A stretch of DNA of 64,000 bases, taken from positions 985 to 64,984 of the forward strand of contig JAHISS010000087.1 in NCBI GenBank assembly GCA_018817905.1, read 5' to 3'. The DNA comes from Nanobdellota archaeon (GTDB lineage: Archaea; Nanobdellota; Nanobdellia; Pacearchaeales; GW2011-AR1). The notes beneath the pieces are model-generated. The model was given only the letters and a program-made list of their open reading frames with translations. It was not told the DNA's origin and did not search any database. A program made the position numbers and the translations under genes. Below are positions 54,339 through 63,499 of this stretch, piece after piece. Numbering within the stretch: position 1 is the stretch's first letter; every line of letters starts with the position of its first letter.

Positions 54339-55904
54339 ATGAAGAGGATATTGAGTTGTATTTTACTTGTAAGTGTTTTGTTTTGCATTCTTACGTTGGG
54401 AATTGTTTCTGCTGTAATAACTTGCGTTAATGGAGAAGACAGAATGTTTAGAATAAGCAGTGTTACAAATGCTCATGCGGAAAAATGGGTTCAAACTAAT
54501 TATGGTGAAGAGATTTGTTACGAGGATTATTTCCAAGGATATGGGAGTGGCGTGAGGGGCTGCGCTGGAGGAAATAAAATCTTGGGAATTTCTGGAGATA
54601 CAAATGCTCATGTTGAAATTCCTACCCAAAGTAATTATGAATCTGTTTGTTATGGGGACTTGACTTGTAAAGCAGTTCAAGGACAATGCAATGATACTGA
54701 CTTAGGAGTTGGAACAGATTACAGTGTGATTGTTTCGTTGGCTGATGAAGAAAACAGCCATGTTTCACTTGCTTATGTTTATCCTTACAGAATTTGTTGT
54801 AAGGGTCCGCATTCTCCGATTTGTAATTATGACGGTGTTTGTGATTATTTATCTCGCGGGGAAACAGCGCAAAATTGTCCTGACGATTGTGTTTGCGGGA
54901 ACGGACAGATTGACGCGGGAGAAGTTTGCGATATTGGAGACGACCCCGAAGATCCAAGTGATGATGTATTCACAATTCCAGGGTTTGATTGTACTGATCT
55001 CGATTACAGCAGTGGACCACTTTATTGTGCTGAAGGATGCATGAGTTATGATGTAAGTTCGTGTGAGGTAGAATGTGATGATGGAATTCTTAGTCCTGGG
55101 GAAACATGTGAACCTTCTCTTGATCCTGATGGAGCGGATTGTAATGATGCTGAAGGTTATCCTGGAACGCGGCAATGTAGTAATGTAACTTGCAATTGGG
55201 TTTGTGATACAGGTTTGTTTTGCGGAGATACAATTTTCACTTCTCCCCCAGAAGAATGCGAAATTGACGATGAAGAAAGTTGCGAAGAGCATGATTTTGA
55301 AAGCGGCCTAGAAGTAACTTGTGACGAAGATACGTGCAAGTGGGACACAAGCCAATGCGTTGGAAAATTAACTTTTTGTGAAAAACATGAACCATTTACT
55401 TACGAACATCCAGACGAAAGTGGAAATTATTTTTCTCCGATGAGGTGCGTTGAATACAATCTTGTTTATCCTGGTTCTAGTAAAGCAGAAGAAAGGGAAG
55501 AACTTTGTCTTGGCGACTGTGTCGCTGGCGCTTCTGTTCCTGTGAACAATGGCTATGCTGGGACAAATCTTTTTAGCTCTGGATGTGCTTGGGATTCTGA
55601 CGGAACAGATGGCGGGCAGTGTTACTTTTATTTTGAAAGAAACGAAGGAGATAGATGTAGGACAGATTTTGTTTCTGAAGCAGACTGCGAGCCAGATGAT
55701 TCATTTAGAGAAGTGACAATTAACGCGAGCGCTGTCGGCGGAGGAACTTGGACTTGTGATGCTGGCTGTGGTGAAGATACTTGCACTTCGCAAATCTATT
55801 GTCCAACAGTTATACGTCTCCCTTTCTTTGGTTGGGTGGCTTTTGTTTCTGGAATTTTCTTAATTGGAATTATTTATATGTTTAATTTTGCAAGAAAAAG
55901 ATGA
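54339..55904 (+). CDS. Cys-rich surface protein with Myxococcus-type Cys repeat and C-terminal TM (ORF starts at 54243; signal-peptide Met at 54339 preferred)
   Basis: MKRILSCILLVSVLFCILTLGIVSA; CVCGNGQIDAGEVCD; C-terminal TM. Confidence 0.55.
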   Translation: MKRILSCILLVSVLFCILTLGIVSAVITCVNGEDRMFRISSVTNAHAEKWVQTNYGEEICYEDYFQGYGSGVRGCAGGNKILGISGDTNAHVEIPTQSNYESVCYGDLTCKAVQGQCNDTDLGVGTDYSVIVSLADEENSHVSLAYVYPYRICCKGPHSPICNYDGVCDYLSRGETAQNCPDDCVCGNGQIDAGEVCDIGDDPEDPSDDVFTIPGFDCTDLDYSSGPLYCAEGCMSYDVSSCEVECDDGILSPGETCEPSLDPDGADCNDAEGYPGTRQCSNVTCNWVCDTGLFCGDTIFTSPPEECEIDDEESCEEHDFESGLEVTCDEDTCKWDTSQCVGKLTFCEKHEPFTYEHPDESGNYFSPMRCVEYNLVYPGSSKAEEREELCLGDCVAGASVPVNNGYAGTNLFSSGCAWDSDGTDGGQCYFYFERNEGDRCRTDFVSEADCEPDDSFREVTINASAVGGGTWTCDAGCGEDTCTSQIYCPTVIRLPFFGWVAFVSGIFLIGIIYMFNFARKR

Positions 55905-58642
55905 TAAAAAAGAGGATGTTAATTGTGGGGCTTGTTTTGATGATTGGCTTAGCAAGCGCGAGTTTTGACGTTGATGATAGTTCTTCTGTGATTGAAAAGA
56001 ATTATTACGAAGGGGATTTTGTCAGAGGTGTTTTGAATATGAGTTTTTCTGAACAAGATAATGAGGATTTTACAAGCAACTTTAAGGGAGGAATTGATAT
56101 AGTCGAACTTCTTAGAGGAATGAGTTATAATTCAAGCAGAGATTTTATTTGTGATCCTGTGAATTGCGAAAGTGATTATTATGTTAATTCTGGCACAGGT
56201 TCTGAAATTCATGGTTTAAATATAGGAGTCAAGAAAGTTTATGGTTTTCAAATAAAGGGAGGAGAAATTACTGGAATTGTAAATAACGGGCTAAAGTTTA
56301 ATGTTAATGTTACATCTCCTCCAATTTGCGGGGATAACCAAGTGTTTGTTGATTTGTTTGATGATGGGACGCTTGACTTTTACAATACTCAATCTGTCAG
56401 CGGCGGGGCGTGCATCTATGAAGAAAAAGATTTTGGCTGTTTTGACGAAGATGAAGTAACTGGAACTGTTTCAATTGAAGGTGAACCTTATTGTGAAAAG
56501 ATTAAACTGCGTCCTGCACCTGGTTACAGAATCGGAGCAGTGATAAGCGGCAGTAGCAGCGGGCAGTTAAGATTTTCAATTTATTCAACTGATTGGGACA
56601 GTGCTTTGGTTTATGGAACTGCGACAAATCCTTTGGCGGCGCCGTGGGTTGAGCCGTGGGTTGATGTTGATTATTCTTTTACAGAAGATACTGAAGTGTT
56701 TGTCTGTGTTGATGCTCCTTCGGGAAGTGAAGGGAAATATTCAATCAGAATCAATGAGGATAGCGATGAAATGTGCGGGGTGAATGTTGGGGAAGGAACA
56801 TCTGACACTGAGTTTGAAGTGGATTATGAAATTTTTGCTTTGCCGCGCCCTTATGGTTGGCTTAAAGAATTTGAATTTAATGCAGATTCTTATGCGAAGC
56901 TAACTAAAAGAAAACTTATAGATGATTTAGAAGATTATCTTGAAACAAAATATGACAATGATTGTTCTGGAGATGACGGATGCATTATCCCTTTCAGCAT
57001 TTTGGTGAGGAATTCTACAACCTCTCCGATTTTGCATTCCCCAACGCTGAAATATAAAAAGAAGAGTGCTGGCAGTCCAACAATTTACCAGTTGTTTGAG
57101 CTTAGTAAACGCCTTCCAAAAGTTAGTTCTGATTATCTTCTTTTGGACGTTGAAAAAATGGAATTCAGAGTTCCTGATTCAGATGGAGGATACAACTTTA
57201 AGTTAAAACTTGACGGGAGAAATGTGATTGAAGAAGAAGTGGATGTTGATATTGGATTTGTTTTCAATGTTGCGCCGCGGTTTGCGTTTATTGGGAGAAG
57301 CACTTCGTTTATTGCCTCTGGCTCAACCGGTGTGAATGGTTCGACCTGGGATTTCGGAGACGGAAGTTCTGTTGTTTATTCTAACAGCAATAGCGCGCAG
57401 CATCTTTATTCTGAAGCAGGGAGTTATGTTATCAAAACTACTTTAAAAAAATCTTCTGGCGCGACTTCTACGCGAAGGTTTAGAGTCATTGTTGGCGACG
57501 CGAAAACTTCGGCAAATTTAACACTTACAGATTACAAGTCGAGAATTTTGAACATTCAGTCTGGAATAAACTCCCTGCCAGAATGGGCGAGGCCGAGTGT
57601 TGAAACTGCTTTGAATTTTAACACGATGAAGGCAGCTGTTGCCAGCAAGAAAAATTCTTTTGAATTGCTAGGAACAAATGCTGCGGAATCAGCTTACGTT
57701 GAGATTGTCAATAGTTTGATGAATCTCTGGGTTCCGTATTCGGTTTTTGTCAGTGCAAGCGGAGAGCTTCCTGCGCTGGTTGGATTTAATAATCTTAATG
57801 TTGAACACATAAAATCAATTTCCGGCGAAGGCGCGGGGGTTGATAGTTCTGAAATGCGCCAGAGCATTGCTGATTGGATGGAACGAAATTATGAGCTTTC
57901 TGTGGCCTTTGAAACAATTTCTGCTGATGGAGATTTACAAACAACTGAGTTGTTGAAGAAGTATAAAATAAAAATCACGCAAAAACCAAACGCTGAAGAA
58001 GATTATTCTTATTTGGTAATAAATCATCCGCGGAGCGGCATAGTTGCAAAATCTTCTGCAAGTGGTCTTGAAGAAACAGTTTCTGGCGACGGAGCTTATG
58101 TTGGAATTGATTACAGCAGTCCATTGCAAGAAATAGAATTTTTGATTGTTGGTGCTGACGCTCCTGATGTTGAGGCATTGGGTGCGTATGTTTCTCCGAT
58201 TGTCAGCGCCTTGGGGGTAAGTGAACTGCCAATTAGGCCAAATTGGTGGGAAGATGAGGGGGGAAATTTCAGTTGGGGGAAATTTCTCATTGGAATGTTG
58301 ATTCTTTTAATTGTAACTCTTGCCGCATATATTCTTCTCCAGATGTGGTATAAAAAACATTATGAAAACCATTTATTCAAAGACCCGACCCATCTTTACA
58401 ACTTAATTAATTTCATTTACAATTCAAGAAGGGCTGGGCTGAAAGACAGCGTTATCAAAAGCCAGCTCAAAGAGAGAAAATGGAAAGGCGAGCAAATAGA
58501 TTATGCGTTTAAGAAAATAGACGGAAAGCGAACCGGAATGTGGGAGATACCTTTGTTCAAGTTTGTTGAAAACAGAAAAGTCAGGGAGGAAATTGAGAAA
58601 AAGCAAGGAATGCCAATAGACGCAAGATTTATTAAAAGATAA
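55901..58642 (+). CDS. large surface protein with PKD domain and C-terminal TM anchor
   Basis: Signal peptide; STWDFGDGSSVVYSNSNSAQHLYSEAGSYVIKTT is the PKD motif; TM near the C-terminus. Confidence 0.6.
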   Translation: MIKKRMLIVGLVLMIGLASASFDVDDSSSVIEKNYYEGDFVRGVLNMSFSEQDNEDFTSNFKGGIDIVELLRGMSYNSSRDFICDPVNCESDYYVNSGTGSEIHGLNIGVKKVYGFQIKGGEITGIVNNGLKFNVNVTSPPICGDNQVFVDLFDDGTLDFYNTQSVSGGACIYEEKDFGCFDEDEVTGTVSIEGEPYCEKIKLRPAPGYRIGAVISGSSSGQLRFSIYSTDWDSALVYGTATNPLAAPWVEPWVDVDYSFTEDTEVFVCVDAPSGSEGKYSIRINEDSDEMCGVNVGEGTSDTEFEVDYEIFALPRPYGWLKEFEFNADSYAKLTKRKLIDDLEDYLETKYDNDCSGDDGCIIPFSILVRNSTTSPILHSPTLKYKKKSAGSPTIYQLFELSKRLPKVSSDYLLLDVEKMEFRVPDSDGGYNFKLKLDGRNVIEEEVDVDIGFVFNVAPRFAFIGRSTSFIASGSTGVNGSTWDFGDGSSVVYSNSNSAQHLYSEAGSYVIKTTLKKSSGATSTRRFRVIVGDAKTSANLTLTDYKSRILNIQSGINSLPEWARPSVETALNFNTMKAAVASKKNSFELLGTNAAESAYVEIVNSLMNLWVPYSVFVSASGELPALVGFNNLNVEHIKSISGEGAGVDSSEMRQSIADWMERNYELSVAFETISADGDLQTTELLKKYKIKITQKPNAEEDYSYLVINHPRSGIVAKSSASGLEETVSGDGAYVGIDYSSPLQEIEFLIVGADAPDVEALGAYVSPIVSALGVSELPIRPNWWEDEGGNFSWGKFLIGMLILLIVTLAAYILLQMWYKKHYENHLFKDPTHLYNLINFIYNSRRAGLKDSVIKSQLKERKWKGEQIDYAFKKIDGKRTGMWEIPLFKFVENRKVREEIEKKQGMPIDARFIKR

Positions 58643-58656
58643 AATCTCTATTTAAA

Positions 58657-59295
58657 ATGTTCAAGTTATTGAAAAAATTTTCAGCGAGGATTTTCGGTGG
58701 GCTGTTTAGAAAGAAAGATAATTTAAAAATTGGTTTTTACGGTCCGCCAAATGCTGGGAAGACGAGTTTGGCCAACAAAATTTGCAAGGACTGGACAGGT
58801 GAAGATATTGGAACTGTCAGCAATGTGCCTCATGAAACAAGAAATGTTCAAATCAAAGAAAAAGTCGAAATAAAATACAAGGGCAAAACGCTGATGTTTA
58901 AATTGATCGATACGCCGGGAATTGCCACGAAAATAGATTATGAAAATTTCATGAAGTTTGGCTTGAAAAAGAAAAAAGCAAAGAAGAGGGCCAAGGAAGC
59001 GACTCAAGGAATTATTGAAGCGATACAATGGCTTGACGACATGGATGCAGTGATTATTGTTCTTGACTCGACGCAAAACCCTTATTCTCAAGTGAACATT
59101 ACAATCATTGGGAATTTGGTTGCAAGGAAAATTCCTATCCTGATTGCCGCAAATAAGATAGATTTAAAAAAATCAGATGTTAAAAAAATAGAATCTGCAT
59201 TTCCTGAGTATGAAGTTGTCGGGATTTCAGCTAAAGAAGGGAAAAATATAGATGAATTTTATGAGTCATTGTTTAAACTTTCGAAAAAAATCTAA
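58657..59295 (+). CDS. small Ras/Arf-like GTPase
   Basis: G1 GPPNAGKTS, G3 DTPG, G4 NKID. Confidence 0.7.
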   Translation: MFKLLKKFSARIFGGLFRKKDNLKIGFYGPPNAGKTSLANKICKDWTGEDIGTVSNVPHETRNVQIKEKVEIKYKGKTLMFKLIDTPGIATKIDYENFMKFGLKKKKAKKRAKEATQGIIEAIQWLDDMDAVIIVLDSTQNPYSQVNITIIGNLVARKIPILIAANKIDLKKSDVKKIESAFPEYEVVGISAKEGKNIDEFYESLFKLSKKI

Positions 59296-59297
59296 AG

Positions 59298-59705
59298 ATG
59301 GAAAATAAAATGAAAAAAGGGGTGAAGAGAATAAAAGGATTGAGTTTGCAGGTGATACCGTTTGCAGAAGTTCAGGGCCTGACAATTGCTCAAAGAGTTA
59401 AGAAAATTTTGAGTTTAGTTTTAGGAAATAAGATTGTTATTTTGCATGGAAGGTTAAGGGCGGAGGAAGAGGCGAGATTAATCGAAGATACAATGGCTTT
59501 AGTTGACCATGTTAAGAATTTTAAGGGAATTGAGCTGGCTGTCATTGAACCTGACTTGAGGAATAGAAGTATTTTTATTAAAATGAAATATGGGATTGCG
59601 AAACGGCTTGTCGGAGATAACAGCGCTTTGACAGTTATTGGGCCTGCGACAGTAATTAAGGAAATCAAAAGGGACCCGAAAAGATTAGAACTGATGCTGG
59701 GGTGA
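59298..59705 (+). CDS. conserved archaeal hypothetical protein adjacent to the GTPase (possibly DUF2073-like)
   Basis: 3-nt gap after the GTPase gene; no catalytic motif. Confidence 0.35.
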   Translation: MENKMKKGVKRIKGLSLQVIPFAEVQGLTIAQRVKKILSLVLGNKIVILHGRLRAEEEARLIEDTMALVDHVKNFKGIELAVIEPDLRNRSIFIKMKYGIAKRLVGDNSALTVIGPATVIKEIKRDPKRLELMLG

Positions 59706-59778
59706 TTTGTGATTTTTTGGATAGGGATTTATTTCTTAATAACTAAATCTTTATTAATTGATTTAACTTCTGAAATGT

Positions 59779-60168
59779 ATGCCTTACAAATGTGTCCACT
59801 GCTCGAAACTTTACGAAGATGGGAGTGAGCAGGTGCTGAAAGGTTGTGACGGCTGCGGACGGAAGTTTTTCTTTTATATTCGGAAAGACCAAGTTGATAA
59901 AATAAGGGAGAATGAAGAGCTTGACGTTGAACTTGATGCTGTGGAAAAAAAACAGATAGAACAAGACGTGCGGGAGATTTCTGGTTTTGAAGACGAAGAA
60001 GTGCCGGTATTCCTTGATTTTGAAAGCGTGAAAGTGATTCGGCCTGGAAAGTATGCTGTGGATTTAGGGAATTTATTTGCTACGAACAAACCAAGAGTTT
60101 ACAAACTGGAAGACGGGAAGTATATCATTGATCTTTCGACAATTAAAATCAGTGAAAGACAAACTTAA
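59779..60168 (+). CDS. Zn-ribbon protein (CxxC...CxxC)
   Basis: YKCVHCSKLYEDGSEQVLKGCDGCG. Confidence 0.4.
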   Translation: MPYKCVHCSKLYEDGSEQVLKGCDGCGRKFFFYIRKDQVDKIRENEELDVELDAVEKKQIEQDVREISGFEDEEVPVFLDFESVKVIRPGKYAVDLGNLFATNKPRVYKLEDGKYIIDLSTIKISERQT

Positions 60169-60192
60169 AAGCTTTGAATTCTTTTAAAAGTT

Positions 60193-61458
60193 ATGAACGC
60201 AAAGAGGGTATTGGAAACATTGGATTTTTCTGTTGGCAAGAATGAATTTAATGAGTTAGAAAAAGAAACAAAAAGTTTTTTGAACTTGTTGAAGAAACAG
60301 GTTTCTAAGAAAAAAGTTAATTGTGAAGTTTTTCTCGGGGGAAGTTTTGCAAAAGGAACGCTGGCAAAATCAGAGAGCTATGATGCAGATATTTTTGTGA
60401 GATTTGGCCGTAAGTGCGGAGATTTATCAGATTATTTGGGGAAAATTTTGAAAAACCTTGTGAAAAGAACGGGGATGAAAATTGAGAGATTGCATGGAAG
60501 CAGAGACTATTTTAGGATTAGAAAAAATGAAAAATTAATCTTTGAACTTATTCCTGTCTTGAAAATAAAAAAAATTGTTGAAGCGATGAATGTCATGGAC
60601 TTGAGTTATTTTCATGTGAATTATGTGCGGAGAAATCTGAAAGGTCGACTGAGAAAAGAGGTGAGTTTTGCAAAGAAATTCTGCGAGGCGCAGGGCGTTT
60701 ACGGGGCTGAATCTTACATCAACGGTTTTTCAGGATACGGGCTGGAATGTTTGATAATTCATTTCAAGAGCTTTGAAAAAATGCTAAAAGAATTGATAAA
60801 GATTAAAGACAAAAAACTTGTGATTGATACGAAAAAGTTTTACAAGAAGAAAGGTGATGTTTTTATCGAGTTGAATGAGTCCAAATTGCAGTCGCCAATA
60901 ATTTTAATTGATCCGACGTGGAAAGAAAGGAATGTTTTGGCTTCTTTGAATTGGGAAACGTTTGTGAAGTTTCAAAGCGCTGCAAGAAATTTTTTGAAAA
61001 AACCTTCTGAAAAGTTTTTTTACAAGAAAGAAATTAATGTTTCCCAATTGAAGAAGAAAAATGGTGAGTTTTTGCATCTTGTTTTGGAAACAGACAAACA
61101 AGAAGGAGATATTGCTGGGACAAAGCTAAGAAAGTTTTCTAATTTTTTAATCAGAGAGATTGAGAAATATTTCTACGTTCTTGGGAAAGAATTTGTTTAT
61201 CGCGGAGAAGGAAAAAAGGCAGAACTTTATTTGACTTTGAAATCTCGCGGCGAAGTTTTGAAAAAAGGGCCACCAGTAACGATGAAGAAAGATGCTGTTT
61301 GCTTTAGGAAAAAGAATGAGAAAACAGCAGTTAGGGGTGGGGTTTTATATTGCAAGGTAAAGACTGATTTTTCTGGGAAGGAGTTTTTGAAGAAATTTGT
61401 TAGGAAGAATGAAAAGAAAATTAAGGAGATGGGTGTTGTTGACGTGAGGATAGAGTAA
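60193..61458 (+). CDS. cca: CCA-adding tRNA nucleotidyltransferase (archaeal class I)
   Basis: FLGGSFAKGTLAKSESYDADIFV nucleotidyltransferase motif and overall archaeal CCA layout. Confidence 0.75.
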   Translation: MNAKRVLETLDFSVGKNEFNELEKETKSFLNLLKKQVSKKKVNCEVFLGGSFAKGTLAKSESYDADIFVRFGRKCGDLSDYLGKILKNLVKRTGMKIERLHGSRDYFRIRKNEKLIFELIPVLKIKKIVEAMNVMDLSYFHVNYVRRNLKGRLRKEVSFAKKFCEAQGVYGAESYINGFSGYGLECLIIHFKSFEKMLKELIKIKDKKLVIDTKKFYKKKGDVFIELNESKLQSPIILIDPTWKERNVLASLNWETFVKFQSAARNFLKKPSEKFFYKKEINVSQLKKKNGEFLHLVLETDKQEGDIAGTKLRKFSNFLIREIEKYFYVLGKEFVYRGEGKKAELYLTLKSRGEVLKKGPPVTMKKDAVCFRKKNEKTAVRGGVLYCKVKTDFSGKEFLKKFVRKNEKKIKEMGVVDVRIE

Positions 61459-61680
61459 TTCGAAGAGTTTTTCTCTTGTTATGTTTGCTTGTTTGATTAT
61501 GCTGTTTAAAGTTCCTTTTGCTATCTCTCTGTGGAGTGGAACAGGAACAGTAGTCTTTCCCTTTTCTTCGCCTATTTTATTCAGAATTGCATGGCTTCCT
61601 GTTGTTCTTACGTGTTGAAATCCAATCTTAGCCAATGCTTTTATCAGTTCCTTGCCTGAGAGAATTGGCAATTTTGGCAT
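61345..61680 (-). CDS. hicA: HicA-family toxin (YcfA-like)
   Basis: LSGKELIKALAKIGFQHVRTTGSHAILNK ... TVPVPLHREIAKGTLNSIIKQANI. Confidence 0.6.
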   Translation of the reverse strand: MPKLPILSGKELIKALAKIGFQHVRTTGSHAILNKIGEEKGKTTVPVPLHREIAKGTLNSIIKQANITREKLFELLYPHVNNTHLLNFLFILPNKFLQKLLPRKISLYLAI

Positions 61681-61921
61681 TTTGACTTATCTCGATTACA
61701 GAAAAAAGAGAAGGTTCTGTTGAGATGTTTAATTCAGAATATTTTTCTGGCTGCTCTTCAAGATAAAGTTCAATTGCTTCTTTAATATTTTTGATTGCTT
61801 CTTCTGTTGTAGTTCCTTGGCTGGCAATTCCCAAATTTGTGCAATGAGCTACAAAAACATTTGAATCATCGCTTAGTTTCTCTTTCTTAATTACAATGTC
61901 TGCAAAATATTTTTCTGGCAT
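61628..61921 (-). CDS. hicB: HicB-family antitoxin
   Basis: VAHCTNLGIASQGTTTEEAIKNIKEAIELYLEE is an RNase-H-like HicB motif; overlaps hicA. Confidence 0.55.
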   Translation of the reverse strand: MPEKYFADIVIKKEKLSDDSNVFVAHCTNLGIASQGTTTEEAIKNIKEAIELYLEEQPEKYSELNISTEPSLFSVIEISQNAKIANSLRQGTDKSIG

Positions 61922-61951
61922 GTTTTATCAAAAAGGCGGAGTTATATAAAG

Positions 61952-62386
61952 TTATTCTTTTTTCTTTGGAGGATGTGCTTTGAGGCGGTCTTGGATGTCT
62001 TCTAATCGTTCCTCCGCTACATCTGTAAGACAGAGGTTTGCTACCCATCCTAAAAGCTTCCCCGCGACATAAAGGGCAGCGCCCGCATTTGCATATGGTC
62101 TAAGAGATTCTGGCACGATTGTGTTAGCAAGAGTAAATAGCCCTCCTGTTTTAAGTAACCCTTCTCCTAACGATAACCACATGTACTTGTTAAATCTTTC
62201 AGTTCTTTTCTCTGCCCTATCCTCAACTTCTCCTAAATCTAATTCTGCATTAAGCCTATTCCCTAAATCATCAAGTTTTCTTCCAACAGTTTCGTCAACT
62301 AAACCACCAATTGGAGATTCACTGCCGCAACGCGGACAATATCCATTTCTATTTTGTGTTGCTGGGTCGTATTGTGTTTGTGTCAT
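61952..62386 (-). CDS. hypothetical Zn-ribbon protein (starts MTQTQ) with a hydrophobic C-terminal segment
   Basis: CPRCGSES; LYVAGKLLGWVANLCL. Confidence 0.4.
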   Translation of the reverse strand: MTQTQYDPATQNRNGYCPRCGSESPIGGLVDETVGRKLDDLGNRLNAELDLGEVEDRAEKRTERFNKYMWLSLGEGLLKTGGLFTLANTIVPESLRPYANAGAALYVAGKLLGWVANLCLTDVAEERLEDIQDRLKAHPPKKKE

Positions 62387-62410
62387 TTTATTTTTCTAAT
62401 TTCCTTTTTT

Positions 62411-62614
62411 TTAAATTTTACTTTTTCCCCGGTAAGGCGGGAGTCCGTAATTTCTTCTGAACTTCTCAATTCTCGGGTTCTCTAAAGTAACAACTCGCGC
62501 ATCTTTTCCAGAGATATCTTCTTCATCGCTACCTATTCGTTTCATTGCTGCGAACATGCTGTCGCCAGCTGCATCAACCCTTGAAGATTTGCTTGTTAAA
62601 ACTATTTTTTTCAT
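62411..62614 (-). CDS. hypothetical small protein (67 aa)
   Basis: Clean ORF 4-nt coupled to the TrmB gene. Confidence 0.3.
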   Translation of the reverse strand: MKKIVLTSKSSRVDAAGDSMFAAMKRIGSDEEDISGKDARVVTLENPRIEKFRRNYGLPPYRGKSKI

Positions 62615-63396
62615 TTACTTCTCCTCCCTACTTGAGATTCTAAAATTCCTGACAAGGATTGCGCAAAGAACGGCGAGTTAAGCCAGATAGCGATTTCTTC
62701 GTCTGCTTTTTCTGAAGTTATCATGAACAAAACTTCTTTTTTGTCTGAAATATACATCCTGGCATCTGAGTCAGTTAAAAACGGTTTGAGGTTTGTTTTG
62801 GCGCTGATTTTTTTAATCTTTTCCGGTGCTCCAGTTAAAGCTAATCTTACATGAATATTATTTTTTGCAGCCTGCTCTAAAGCTGGAAGCAAAACCCTGC
62901 TCTTGTCTTCAAAATCCAAGACAGATGTTGAAATTGAGATTTCTTTTTTTGCGTTTTGAATTAGTTCTCTAACCCTTGAAATGATATTTGACCTTCCCCT
63001 AAGCGAGCCGGTTATTTCATGGGCCTTGACTGGGGCGATTCCTGTTTTGTGCAGTTTTTCAAGTTCTTCGTATTCTGTTGTTTCTTTTAAGGTTCCGAGA
63101 TTTTTTACTTTTTCCTGCGCTTCCTGCATGGCATTTGATTTCATTTTTTCAATAACCTCTGTAGGTTTAACTGCTATGTACTTCACTGGCTTGCCTATTT
63201 TTACTATTGCAAACCCGTGTTTTTCTAAAGATTCGAGGACATCGTAAGTTCTTGACCTTGGAACACCAGAAATTGTTGCAATTTCTCCAGCAGAAGCAAT
63301 TCCCCTTGAAAGCAGAGAAATCCAGACCTTGGTTTCATAAATATTCAAATTAAAGTATTCTTTGATTCTCTTCACAAGTTCATTCTTTACCATCAT
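62611..63396 (-). CDS. TrmB-family transcriptional regulator (ORF extends to 63687; start trimmed to MMVKNELVKRI)
   Basis: LNIYETKVWISLLSRGIASAGEIATISGVPRSRTYDVLESLEKHGF wHTH plus a TrmB C-terminal domain. Confidence 0.7.
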   Translation of the reverse strand: MMVKNELVKRIKEYFNLNIYETKVWISLLSRGIASAGEIATISGVPRSRTYDVLESLEKHGFAIVKIGKPVKYIAVKPTEVIEKMKSNAMQEAQEKVKNLGTLKETTEYEELEKLHKTGIAPVKAHEITGSLRGRSNIISRVRELIQNAKKEISISTSVLDFEDKSRVLLPALEQAAKNNIHVRLALTGAPEKIKKISAKTNLKPFLTDSDARMYISDKKEVLFMITSEKADEEIAIWLNSPFFAQSLSGILESQVGRRSK

Positions 63397-63499
63397 ACTG
63401 GAGCAACAATTATTGGGTATATAAAGTTTTCTATTTTGTTGTAACTTGGGGATGACAAGTAATGGGAAGGTTTGAGTATTGAAAGACGTGAAAGGAAAC

